This document shows, piece after piece, positions 36,575 to 50,543 of a stretch of 64,000 bases of DNA. The stretch is from Eledone cirrhosa (lineage: Eukaryota). The translations under genes were made by a program, and so were the position numbers. The stretch's first letter is position 1. Each line of letters opens with the position of its first letter. The stretch spans positions 354,516,001-354,580,000 of the forward strand of contig OZ024741.1 in assembly GCA_964016885.1 (NCBI GenBank), read 5' to 3'. The notes beneath the pieces are model-generated. The model was not told the DNA's origin. It searched no databases and saw only the letters and a program-made list of their open reading frames with translations.

Positions 36575-39500
36575 TTATTTTCTTCTTTTCACTTAGATGA
36601 TATTCCAAACGAAATACCGATACTTTTACCTGTTTACTATAATGATGGTCTCTTCATACAATCAACGATTTAAGATGCATCGATCATAATGACCGTATCT
36701 ATCTATCTTCAATCTTTCTCTCTCTTTCTCCCCCCCCCCCTCTCTATATATATATACATATATACATTTTGAGTATATGTTGGTTGTTTACAGACACCTA
36801 AGTATGCAGATTGGACCACTCGACAAAGTACGCAGGTTGGTTTGTTTACTCCGGAGTAATGTAAAATAATTAAGTCAAATATGTAAAATTTGGCTTCGTT
36901 TATTATAAATTATAGATATACTGCTATATATATTTAACTTAATTATTTTATATATATATATTAGGTATTACTCGCCATCGGATTACATTGAGTTCTATCT
37001 ACGGTACCGACCCTACCACCAGAGGTAGACCACACTGAAAAATATATATATATGATGGACTCTCTCGTCATATATTGATGTATGAGGGTTCAACAATTTT
37101 CTCTGTTTAAATTTTTATGGTTATGTCTTAAATGACACTTTAGTCCAGCTTCCTATTTACACATCAAACTGCATTTAGTGCAGATGACAGGATGTTGAAC
37201 AGAAGGTGGACGAAATTTTTCAAAGTTCTTTATACCTTCATATACCTTCATGGCAGAGAGTTCTCCATTTTCTACAGCTAGGGCTTCAAAAGAAGTAAAA
37301 GGTATAAATCTGAGAAATTGTCTGCCTCCATTATGTGCACCATTATGAAGTTGACTGTACCTTCGGTGTGCTGTCACCAGTCCTCTGTAGGACATGACCA
37401 GCCCATCTGTGTTGGGAATGCATCAGAAATGACTCAATCCCACTGATGTTGCACCTCGTGAAGATATTGATATTGGAGATTCTGACAGAAAGTGCATAAC
37501 CACAGACAGAACTGACAATCTTTGTGGAAGACATCAAGCTTATGATGTAGCTTGCCAAAGGTGTCAGTTGCTTTAGAAATGCGATTGATGATCTCATCAT
37601 CCAGGATGCTGGATGGTTCACTTTGCTGTCAAGGTAAGTAAAGGAGTTCACATACTTCTGATCCTTGATATCAACTGTGATGGGAACATGGGGATGCCCA
37701 TGCCCCAGATGTCCTTGCCCAACCTCTTTTACTTGTCTGAAGGTGGTTGGCCTTAGTTGATGTACCACCTCTGTTTTCTTAATGCTGATTGTGAAATCAA
37801 ATGCTTCACAGGCAAGCAAGAAGCGGTTCATCAATCCTTGTGCCTCTTCAAGGGATGTTGCTACAAGTGCAGCATCATCAGCAAACAGTAAATCACGAAT
37901 AACACTTGTTCATATAAGTGTTTTAGCTTTAAAGCACTGATAGATGAATAACTCACCTGATGTACTGAATTCAAATCTGACACCAGTGTCTAAGTTGCCA
38001 ATTGCTAGAGCATCAGAGAAGAAAAAAGCAAAGAGAACAAGAGCCATGACACAACCCTGCTTTGTACAGTTTGTGACACCAAAGGGTTCAGAGCATTCAG
38101 CATTTGACATAATTGATTCTCTCACGCCCTCATGAAAAGACATCACATTCAGCATATTGTCAGGTATACTGAACTTTTTGAGCATTTTCCAGTGAGCTTT
38201 CTGATTGACAGTGTCAAAGGCTTTGGTCAAGTCGACAAAGACCATAAACAGTTCCTGGTTCTTTTCATGAACCTTCTATGCATGTTGGCAAAGGGAGTAA
38301 TCATGTCAATAGTCTCCTGACTTGTGCAAAAACTACATTGATTTTCAGAGTAGATATCATCAACAAGTCTGGATGTAATTCTGTTGAGAATGACATGAGC
38401 AAGTACCTTGCCAGCAATACAGAGAAGGGAGATGCCACGAGAGTTTTCACAGGTAGATTTTCTACCTTTGTTCTTGAAGAGATCAATTATAGATGCTTCT
38501 CTGAAGTCTTGAGGGACGTGTTCGACCTTCTAGATTTCTCAAAATAGCCAAGGAAGCTTACAAACCAGTTTTTGATCTCCATATTTGAAAATTTCAGTAC
38601 CAGGAGCTTAATTGAATGACAGTTGCTTTATTCTGGCTTTTGTGGAATAGATGATATCTCATCTTCATCAATGTTTGACTCAGTATTTAGGATCTTTTCG
38701 AAGTGTTCCTTCCATCAAGAGAGTATCTCAGCTTTGTCTGTGCATAGGGTTGTACTGTCAGAAGATAGAACTGGATTTGACCTGTCCTCCCCAGACCATT
38801 CACCACTTTCAGACCATTATAATAGTCCCTTAAGTCCTTTTTATCAGCAGTATCTTGTAGATTAGCTACTTTAGCTGCCCACCAGGCATCCTTCATATCT
38901 CTAAGTGAGGACTGTGTCTGCTGCTTACAATCTTTATAGGCTTTCTTTTTAGTTGTTTTTATCTCCACTCCAAAGCCTGTGTAGGTGACACATCTTGCTG
39001 ATAAGATTCTGGATATCTGAGTTGCTTTCATCAAACCAGCTCTGGTGTTTTCTCATAGGAAATCCTAAGACTGATCTAGATGAAATGCAGGAAATCCTAA
39101 TTGATCTAGATGAAATGCAGTTCGGGTTTGTGTCAGGTAAAAGTACTACAGACGCTCTTTTCATTGTACGACAACTACAGAAGTACCTAGCTAAAAGTAA
39201 ACCCCTATACTTAGCTTTTGTTGACTTGGAGAAAGCCTTTGGCAGAGTCCCCCGCTCCATTATCTGGTGGGCTCTTAGAAAACTAGGTGTTGAGGAATGG
39301 TTTGTGAGAGCTATACAAGCCATGTATAAAGAAACAGTCAGCAAGGTTAGAATTAACAACGAATATAGTGAAGAGTTTAGCGTAAAGGTTGGTGTTCATC
39401 AGGGCTCCGTCCTTAGCCCCCTCATATTTATTATTGCCCTTCAGGCTATAACAGAGGAGTTCAAGACCGGCTGCCCATGGGAACTCCTATACGCAGATGA

Positions 39501-42500
39501 TCTAACACTCATAGCTGAATCAATGGCCGAACTAGAGAAGAAATTCCAAATATGGAAGCATGGCCTAGAATCAAAAGGCCTTAAAATTAACCTGTCTAAG
39601 ACTAAAGTTCTAGTTTGTAGGAAGGAAAATAGGGCACCAGTCCCATCTGGGAAATGGCCATGCTCAGTGTGTAGGAAAGGAGTAGGCAGAAACTCCATTT
39701 TATGTCCCAAATGCAAAGTATGGGTGCATAAAAGATGTAGTGGGATCACAGGTAAGCTAACTAAGAATATAGATTTTATATGTGGCCGGTGCTCTGGTGC
39801 AATAAGTAGCAGCAAGTGCCCACAAAATACTAGCTCTTTCAATTGCGCAGAGGGTTCTATAGAAATAGTGGACAGCTTCCGTTACCTGGGCGATAAAATC
39901 AGCAGTAGGGGAGGGTGCTCTGAAAGTACAGTAGCTAGAGTCAGAACTGGTTGGAAAAAGTTCAGAGAGCTTATACCACTATTAGCTGCTAAAGGGTTCT
40001 CCCTAAAAATGAAAGGCAGGCTGTATGATGCCTGCATACGAACAGCAATGTTGCATGGCAGTGAGACCTGGGCATTGTGTGCAGAGGATATACGCAGACT
40101 GGAGAGGAACGAAGCTTGCATGCTCCGCTGGATGTGTAATAGTAATATATGTGAACGGCAAAGCATAAACGAACTAAGGGAGAAATTAGGAATAAGAGGG
40201 ATCAGATGCTGTTTACTCGAGAGAAGACTACGTTGGTATGGTCACGTGATGCGCATGAAAGACGACAGCTGTATAAAAAAGTGCAGGGCAATAAAAATAG
40301 ACGGTAGCCACGGAGTAGGCTGACCCAGAAAAACCTGGGACGACTTGCTAAATTCCGACCTCACACACTTACACCTCTCCAAGACAATGTAACTGGACCG
40401 AGATCTTTGGCGATACACAGTAATACAGAAGACTCGCCTTGCCTAAGTACAGAGCGAAACCTACAGTCAGTAGGCACCTCTAACAAAAATACACCCCAGG
40501 CCCCACTACCCCCACCCCATCCACACCACCCCTTCCAATGTAAAGTTATGTTGGTACCACAGCATCCAGTCCGAAACAAATGAGGCCGTGTAGGTGTCAC
40601 AACAAAAAAACACAGTCCACGCTGTAATGTGACCGTGTAGGTAACACGGTAAAAACCTCCCAGTCCAGACTGTAAACGTGGTTGGTGTTAGGAAGGGCAT
40701 CCAACCGTAGAAAACCCGCCAGACAGTCCTATATGAGCAAGACAACCAATCTTGCCTCAAGTGGGAAAATTCCCGTCCAAACCCATGCTAGCGTGGAAGA
40801 TGGACGTTAAACGATGATGATGATGATGTGACTGCATAGATGGCATCTTTGAACACTTTCCGGGAAGCCTCAATGTCATCAGAAATCTGGACAAAGTCGA
40901 GGGAAGAGTCAAGTTTTACAGAAAGTCCCAGCCTCCCATCAGTGGATCTCAAAGCACCTACATCAACCTTGGGTGAGATAGTTGGCTTTTGAAGATGCCT
41001 TTTTTTGTGAAGATTGAATGAAACATTACTGTGCAGCAGTGAATGATCTGAGAGAAAGCAAGAAGAATGAAAAGAACAAATTATTTTGAAATCTTTTAGG
41101 TCACACCTGTGTGTGATGACATAGTCAATCATGTGCCATTCATTGGGTCTAGGATGCAGGTTGTTGAAAAAAAGTGGTGTTAAGATCAAAATGATCTTCT
41201 TGTATGGAACAGTAGAGACCACTGTGTGAAGCTGATTATAAAATGTTACAATATCCTGCTTAGATGAATAAAAAGCTGGGGCGTAACAACTCACTAGTGT
41301 TACAGAGGTGTTGTTAACTAGATCCAGAGAAGAATCATGATACAATCATTAATACCTTTGGGGAATGATGTTAGGGATCTAGAAATGTCAGATACAATGA
41401 CAAAACCAACACCAGATTAACTGGTCTTTTCACTTCTGAACCAGAAGACTATGTACCTTCCTCCCACTTCTTCCATTTAGGACGTGCCAAAGAGTCGAGT
41501 TTCACTTATCACATAGATATCGATGTAATATCTGTTGAGTGCATTACAGATGAGGGGCTGATCTTTATTCCAGATGTAAAATGCTGCCCCAGGGTTTCTC
41601 AAATTCCAGAAACCAAAATTTAAATTTAAATTCTTTGTTTTATTTCGACTGCTTATTTGGATAACCAGACAGCCACAGTTTACTGTCAGGTTAAATGAGT
41701 GAGCAAGCATTTGTTTGGGGCTCCTTTTGCCATCTCCTACCATCAGAGGACGCAAACAGCACAAATTGCTCATATTTGAGCATGAATGGCCATCACCTGA
41801 TGGTCGCCACTGTGTAGGGCTCCAACTAAGGACTTCCTGTAATACCCTTTACATGTCCCTGTTGCCTTTGCTCTCTTGCCAGTGGGCTTTATGTTAATGG
41901 TGGGATATCAAATAGAACTGGTAGAGCTGTTGAGCTACCCACACAAATTCTTTATAGTGATGATGGCTTCTGTTGGACCAGCCACACTTTTCAGAAATGT
42001 TGATAATAAAAGATTGGGGCAAAAGTTTGCCATGAACCCAGTGAACAACACACCTCAGGTACTGGATGGTTGTTGACTCTCAAGAGTTCCTTTGCACTTT
42101 GACAAGTTTTGCAGGGTCTCCAAAAATCACCCTTCTCACCAAATAAACTTGATGGGGTGTCTGGTTTAGTCACCGATGACCCGACCATGTGACAGGTTGT
42201 ACTGAGCTATATATTACCATTAGCACTCATGAGCGACCTGACCATAATATTATATATATATATATATACGGTGATGATGATGATATATATATCATCATAT
42301 CATCATCATCGTTTAACGTCCATCTTCCATGTTAGCATGGGTTGGACGGTTATGTCCCACAGATTGGTCGGGAGACCGTGTCTCACTCGTACAGAACTGT
42401 ATATATATATATATAGTAAGTAATAAGGAAAACAAGGCCATGATCCCTTCTTGGAAATGCCCTGTTCAGTGTAAAGGAAAATGGTGGGTAAAAATTCCAT

Positions 42501-45500
42501 CCTCTTTCCCAAATGGTTACACAAGAGATGTAGTGGAATTTCAGGTAGGCTAGCTAAGAACATAGGTTTTACATGTAGGTGTTGCACAGGAACAGTAAGC
42601 ATTAAACACTCACAGGAAACAAGCTCTTTCAAATCTTAGAGGATACCGTAGAAGCATTTGAGAGTTTCTATTATTTGGGTGACCAAATTAGCAGTGGAGG
42701 CAGGTGTTCCAAAAGTACAGTAGCCAGAGTGAGAATAGGATGGAAAAAATTTAGGGACCTATTACTGCTGCTAGCTACTATGAACCTTTCCCTCAAAATG
42801 AAGGGCAGATTGTATGAGGTGTTTATATGAACTGCAGTGAGACATAGGCACTGTGTGCAGAGGACCTGCATAGATCAGAAAGAAATTAAGCTTACATGTT
42901 CCGATGGATGTGTAATAGTAATAAACATGAATGGCAAAGCATAAATGAACTGAGAGAGAAACTGAGCATAAGAGGGATCAGATGCAATGTTCAGGAGGGA
43001 AGATTGTGGTGGTATGGAAATGTGATGCATATGAAGGATGACAGCTGCATAAAAATGGTGAAGGGTGCTCAAAGTTGATGGAAGCTATGTAGTAGGAAAA
43101 CCTAAGTAGACTTAGGATGACCTCGTACAATTGCACCTCCCAAAGGTGTTGACACAGGAGTGAGATCTCTGGCATTATGCAGTAATACAGAAGATCCACC
43201 ATCCGATGGGCATGGGTTGAAGCATACATCTAGTATGCAACACCTTCCTCTTCGTACACCTCCCACTTCCTAACACTCCATCCATGCACTAACACCCCAT
43301 CCCTCACCAGATAAGTCCCCCAACCCCTAGTCCACACTGTAAAGTGGTTGGTGTAAGGAAGGACATCCAGCCACAGAGACCAAGCCAAAATAAGTCCTGT
43401 ATGAGCAAGACACCGATCTGGCTTGTCTCACAACAGGACAACTTGTCTAACCCATACTAGCGTGGAAAAATGGATGTTCAGCAGTGATGATGATTTTGAA
43501 AAAGAGTCAAACAGGCTGGACATATATATATATATATATATAAACTATTTCAGTATGATGATAAGAAATGCTTTCAAGAACATATAATTAATTAAGCTTT
43601 TATATATGCAATCAAACATGTACATATTTTCATATATATATATATATATATATTTTTTTTTTTCATTTTTTTTGTCCCACCCTTTTTTGTCCCACCCTTG
43701 CAAGCAGGGAAAAGCAGACGTAAAAATGATGAAATATATATATGAAAATATGTACATGTTTGATTGTGTATATAAAAGCTTAATTAATTATATGTTCTTG
43801 AAAGCATTTCTCATCATCATACTGAAATAGTTTGTATTCTATATTTGTTCTATATATTTCTATATTTGTAACTTGGTGTCACTTCACTTTTATTGCTAAT
43901 ATTAGTAGACACATAAACATCACAATTTCCGCTTTTCTGAAGTTTCTTGAGCTAATCGCCCACGTTGATTATGAAAAGTTGTGAAACTCTATTACATTCA
44001 GCCATAAGATTATGCCATGTGTGTTTGTATATTTACATACATCTCTGCCTGTAATGTTATAAAATTTACACATACACACATACAAATGTAATTTCTCTAT
44101 CAACCATGTTCCTATAATAAGGAGTTTGCTTTCCAATCACAAGGTTTTGGTTTCTAACTCTACATTTGTCCCTGTAAATAGTTATTTCTACAAAGTTACT
44201 CATACATTTAATTCATTTATGTCATTTGTACATATATGCTGGGCATTTGTGTAATTATATATTAGAAATAAATTATTTAAATATCATTTTTATCTTTAAT
44301 CCTTTCTACTTGTCAGTAGTCATAAACTGTAGGTTTTCTCTTATGTAAGCCATAAATTTATTAAAATGCAAATTTCCCAGTTTGTATGATTGTTTCATAT
44401 ATCCAATAATTCTGGTATATATGGTATACCAATCTTGGACTCCAAAAATTAAATACATTTAACTCTATTTCTGTCATTATTTTGATGTATGTCTTTCTTA
44501 ATGTATTTCTTAATGTTAGAATGAGAAAGCTTTATGAGTACCAGTACTAGAGTCGATTTTTCCTTTATATCTCTTTTTCACTTTCTCTCTATCTCTCTCT
44601 CTTTCCTTCTTTGGAAGAAATCTGCTGTGTTCAGACCTGGAGAGAAGATAGGCTCCGCTAGATTTAAAATGCCCAAAACATGCTGTATACCATGATGGTG
44701 TATCTACAACTCTACTGGGAATTACGGGTCCATCCATCCATCCATACATACTTAGTTATTACAAAAGAAAATCAAAGGGAGGAGGAGAAATTACTGGGGA
44801 CTCATTAGTCACATTAGAATGTAATGTTATTTGGGTTTGTAGAAGCTAAGAAATAATATTTTAAAGAGACAACTGCAATGGAAAATCTTTGCATAGATGA
44901 TAGTTGTTGAGTAAAACAGTACTTGGAAATCCCAGTAGAAGTTTGCTGCAGCAGATAAGAACCAAAGAAGAGGTAGTGAGAGCTGATCTTAAATTGCTGA
45001 AGTTCACAAAGGAGATGATAAGGAAATGCAGTGAATGGAGGGATGCTGTGTTAGAAAGGATCCATCCAACCCATGCAAGCATTGAAAAGCAGATGTAAAA
45101 TGATGATGATGATGATGATCTGGAGAAGGCTTTTGTTAGAGTCTTTGTGTGAAGGTCACAGATAAGGGCCATGTAGATGAATAGCTTCTTAGAACTAGTT
45201 CACCCATTCATATGTAACAAAACAGACAAGAATCTCATTTAGTCTGTGTAGGTTGTGAGGAGGAAACTAATTCTTTGGAGGCATATTGTCATTATTTGAC
45301 TCATCCACCTCCATCCTTACTTACATCATCATTTCTATTTCTGGCATTGTGTGGAATGTTGTTTTTTCCTTAACTATGTTTTGTATAACTCCCAAGTCAT
45401 TTACATCTGTCTTTAATTATTTTATTCAAATAGATTTCCTATGACATAATTTTATTTTCAGTTTATCTTTCTGTCTAAATATCTTTTGATGTCTGGCTTC

Positions 45501-48500
45501 GCAACAGATATGCGCATTAATAAATTTTGTATTGAAATTATTGTATGTATGTTTGGATCTGTAACTCCTTATGGTGCCATAGGGGTGTTGTCATGACATG
45601 CAGCAGTGTCTTGGGCATTTTAAACCTGGTGGAGTCCATTCCTTCTCCAAGTTTGAACACAGCTGATTTCTTCCAGAGAAAGAGGGAGTGAGAGAGTGAT
45701 AGAGAGGATGTAAGAAAGAGATGTAGAGGAAGAATCAACCCCTAATATTAGGCTGATATTCTTTTTATCAACCTCATCAACTGGATAAAAGGCAAAATTG
45801 ACTTTGATGGGATATAATCCCAGAGTTCAGAGAGCCTGGAACATATACTGCAAAGTGTTCTATTTGATATTCTAATGACTGCCAATTCACCACCAAAGTG
45901 AAATGATTACAATAGAGGAAAACATTTCACTTCTATTTTGATATTTATTTTGAATTTGTAACTTTATATACTTGATATTTGTGTCTTCATATACCATCTT
46001 GTTCACAACAAAACAATAACAAACATTTTACGACCATCTTCACTGCTAAAGTCTGCGTTAACCTGTGGACCCCATGACAAGCTTTTCCATTTTCTCCTAT
46101 CATCTATACCTCTTTCATCAACCCACTGGCTTTCATTTCCTTTTCCATATATGTATCTAGTTTAGTATAGGTATACTGTATCTCTGTGTGTCATTGGAGG
46201 CAACCAAAAGAGTTTGTAGCAGGAAGGTATCCAACCATAAAACAATGTCTAAAAAAAAACCTCATGACCAATATAATATAGCATCTTATTCATTGATTTT
46301 ATTGCATTTCGTTATTAAGTATGTGAAGGTGTGTGGCTTAGGAGTTAGGATGTTAGGCTCACAATCTTAATGTCCTTGAGCAAGACACTATATTTCATGT
46401 TGCTCCAGTCCACTTTAGTTGGCAAAAATGAGCTGTATATTTAATTCAAAGAGCCAGCTTTGTCACAATCATCATTCTGAATCTCCCTGAGAACTATGTT
46501 AAGGATGCACATGTTTGTGCAATGCTCAGCCACTTACATGTTAGTTTCACTTCAAACAACTAGAACACTTATCGTTGGAACTGACAGAGGTTCAACAACA
46601 ACTATTATTAAATATTTGAGGACTCACAATTGACTTGTATTCCCTCACTTGCACTATCTACAATAAACACAGTTCTCAATGGAGCAGTCATAGATAATTG
46701 ACATGTTTATTTTTCATTATATAACTATGAAAATTTGGTGGATTGGCAGAATTGAAATGCATTGCAGTATTTTGTTATGGTCCTCAATGTTCTGGTTTCA
46801 GATCTTCACAAGGTCCACTTTGCTTTTCATTCATCTGAGGTCCATAAAATAAAGTACCAGTCAGGTACTAGAGTTGATATAATTGACTTTCCCTTCCTCC
46901 CAATTTGTTGGCCTTGTACCTAAATTAAAAACCATTATATAGGGTGCCGTTGAGGATGTATGCAGACAATAGAACAGAATAGAGAAGTTTGTCATGGGGT
47001 TTACAAGGCTATCCACTGTTTTAGCAGAGAAAATGACCTTAAAACATTTGTTGATGCATATTTATATGTAAAGAATTTGAATCTTAAAATGTAGACAATA
47101 ACTGGAGATCCTTACAAGTAAACTTATTCAAGGCAACAGATGAGACCTACTGCTGGTGACATGGTGATGGAATAATATTATAGAATAGATCATTAAAGTT
47201 AAAACACAAGCTTGAAAAATCTGTACGGTCGAGAGGCAGCAAGAAACAATACCAAGTAGCTAGGAGAGAAGCTAGGCATCAGGTTTAGCAAGAAAGGAAG
47301 CCAAACATTAGAGGTTTACTAATGTTCCATGGCATGCAGTTTTCTGGATTGCAAGGCAGTGTATTCAAGATGTCATGTGGGAGAAGTGTGTATGGAATGA
47401 CAGCAGCACACTTACTCTTGTAGATACCAAAAAGACAGAGGCATAGAATTGCTATTACAAGAAGTTGCTGAATGAAAAGAGTTCATGGGAGAGTGAGGTA
47501 CTACAAGTAGATCTAAAAGGGATACCAACCATAAAAGTTGACATCAGTGTGATAGATAAAATGATTAAGGATATAAAGGTAGGGAAGGCAAATGGCCAAT
47601 CAGGAATTGTTGCTGAGATGTTTAAACTATCTAGTAGAGTAGGGCGCAGATTAGTCACTTGCATAGTTAATCAGGTAGTACTAGAAAGTGTCATATACAA
47701 TGACTGGCATAACAGCATCATTGTCAACTGCTACAAGGGCAAATGTGATTCACTAGATAAATGCAATTACAGAGGCATTAAATTGTTGGATCAGGTTATA
47801 AAGTTCACAGAAAAAGTGATTAGGGACAGAATTTGCCTTGATGAGATGCAATTCAGTTTTGTGTATTCTTTGTTTTTGCCATTGTAGTTGTTGTGTAGCT
47901 GCTTTTGTACCAATCAACTAGGCCCAAGTAGTCATATGTCTTGTAGGAAGTCAGTAAACCACAGTTTAGTACCTTAGATTAATTTCTCAGATAAATTCAA
48001 AAGGCTAAGCTGTAATAAATTCTTAATTTAACCCAGTGACAGAAGAAGTAACTAAGAATATGATAAAGTTAGGAAAAAGTAAATCTAACAGATTTATTTA
48101 ATCTCTACAGCACTGAGTGTCAGAAATAAATGAGTGATATTAATTTTCATAACAGTATCAAGGCAGAAAGACATAGAATTATTTGTAAGAAGCTTCTTGG
48201 TTTATATTAATCAGCTTTGAAGGACTTAATCCCATTACTTTCATATATAATGTTTGTTACTATGTTGTTGAGAATGTCTGAATATGGATTTGTTGATCAA
48301 ATCTTAATAGTGAGATAGTAGCTTTAAGTTTGAATTAATAAAAGAATCTGAATTCTAAGTGTATTCAATGAATATATCTATACTTGCTTCAACAGAAGTA
48401 GGTAAGAAAATAGTTAAGGTTAACAGGGTCTTTCTAATGAAAGACACTGCCTATGAAGTTCAAAGAATTTGAAAGGATTTAGTAATATAGATAACTTTCT

Positions 48501-49456
48501 CATTAGCATTTACATTACTCTATATATACTATTGTATTTTCACGGTAAAGGCTTTATCTCACATAATTATCTCATATAATATCGAATCTATGAGATTTCA
48601 ATGTTATTTATTTTGAGAACAATACCTTAATATCAGTATGAGTGGCCAGTTACAGCCGGTTTGAACAGAACGAGGTGAGAAAATTCTGGCCGGATATGGC
48701 TGGTTTAAATGCTAAAGGGTTAAACTGGTGTTAAGAACATAACCTCACAAAAAAATCAAACAAACTTAACATTGACATGAAATTATGATGGACAACTTTT
48801 TAATAAATATAAACACTTTAAAACAAACCATTTTTGTATGATAAAACTAGGGGCTAGGTTAAAGATCAGTAACATGAGAACAAACAGTACATTATGAAAT
48901 ACATTTTGGCCTGCTAGCTTCTTAGGACTAGAATATTTCTTGTATCTCTAGCTAAAGCCAATCTTTTTTATTCTAACATTTAGATATAGAAACATAAGAA
49001 ATATATTATTCATCTCATAAATTTTATCTTTGTTTTACAAATCTTTTTCAAATGAACAAATCATTGATTATTTCCAGGTGTGTATGTATGTGTGTGTGGA
49101 TATACATATATATATATATCATCATCATCATCATTTTACGTCCGCTTTTCCCTGCTTGCAAGGGTGGGACGGGAACTGATTCTGGCTTGATTTCTACAGC
49201 TGGATGCCCTTCCTAACACCAACCTCATTTACAGTGAGTGCTGGGTGCTTTTTTTTCCGTGGCACCTACACATCCACTTTTGAGTGGAATAATAGGGACC
49301 CCAATCCTATCATCTCATTTCTACAGCTGAGTAAACTGGAGCAATGTGAAATAAAGTGTCTTGCTCAAGGAAACAACAAATCACCTGGTCTGAGAATTGA
49401 ACTCACAACCTTTCGATTGCAAGGCCAATGCTCTAACCACTAAGCCATGTGCCTCA

Positions 49457-49499
<43 letters not shown>

Positions 49500-50470
49500 T
49501 GTATCCCGGGTTCAATCAGGGGTAACCACGGTAAGTAAAGTACTCAATATATAGCAGAGTATGAATATTTAATATAGAAATGGCTTCTACAGGACTAGAA
49601 CTGTTTTATTTGAAGGAAATCATGAGGAAAGCCGATTGTCAATGTGATATGGTGGTATTTATACATTTTCTGTTGGTAGGGGAAGGTGGTGATTGGGATG
49701 GCTGGAGGTTATATATATATATATATATATACACAGTGTGGCATAGATAAGTATGGAAAAAGTTAATGGATAATAAAAACTGTTTTTTATAAAGCAAATT
49801 AATATATTTGAATGAAACTTTATTCACAGTTAAGCACATATATAAGGTACAAAAATCATTCAATGTGGCCACCACTTTCTCCAGGCAAGACTGAAAGTTG
49901 GAGTAGGCCTTGGTGATGGTGTCCTTGTTCCTGTTGGCCATGGCATCCTTGATTGCTGCCATGAGAACCTCCTTGGTGTTCTGATGATGCCAAGAGCTTC
50001 TTATGAGTCATGTAGTCTGGCTGGAAATTGCCCTTATTGTCTGAGGCCTCATATGCTTTTGCACGGTTGTAGACCATGGTTTTAAGGTATTTAAACTATT
50101 CAATGATTTCTTAGGCTTTGTGGCCTGCATGAAGGCTCTAAACAACAGCAGCTTCATGATTGTATACTGAAGACATGTCAATTACTAAGTCCCTCAACCG
50201 TCAGTGAGGTGTAGTACTTTCTACTGGCCCTCTCGAAACCTTCCTACGTTGTGATGTCTTGGCGCTGCTTTCATGTAAAAATTGCGTATTTTTCTGCGTC
50301 ACACTATATGTATCCGTATGTGGTTGACAGCTGAGAGAAAGGAGTACTCAATACCGAAGTAGAGTTTTAATATTTTATTAAGGCTCAATAGTGAGTCTTG
50401 TTACTCTGGAGTTTTGCCTGTTTATCAGACAAGAACTTGTATATATATATATATAGGGGTTAAACATTTT

Positions 50471-50543
<73 letters not shown>

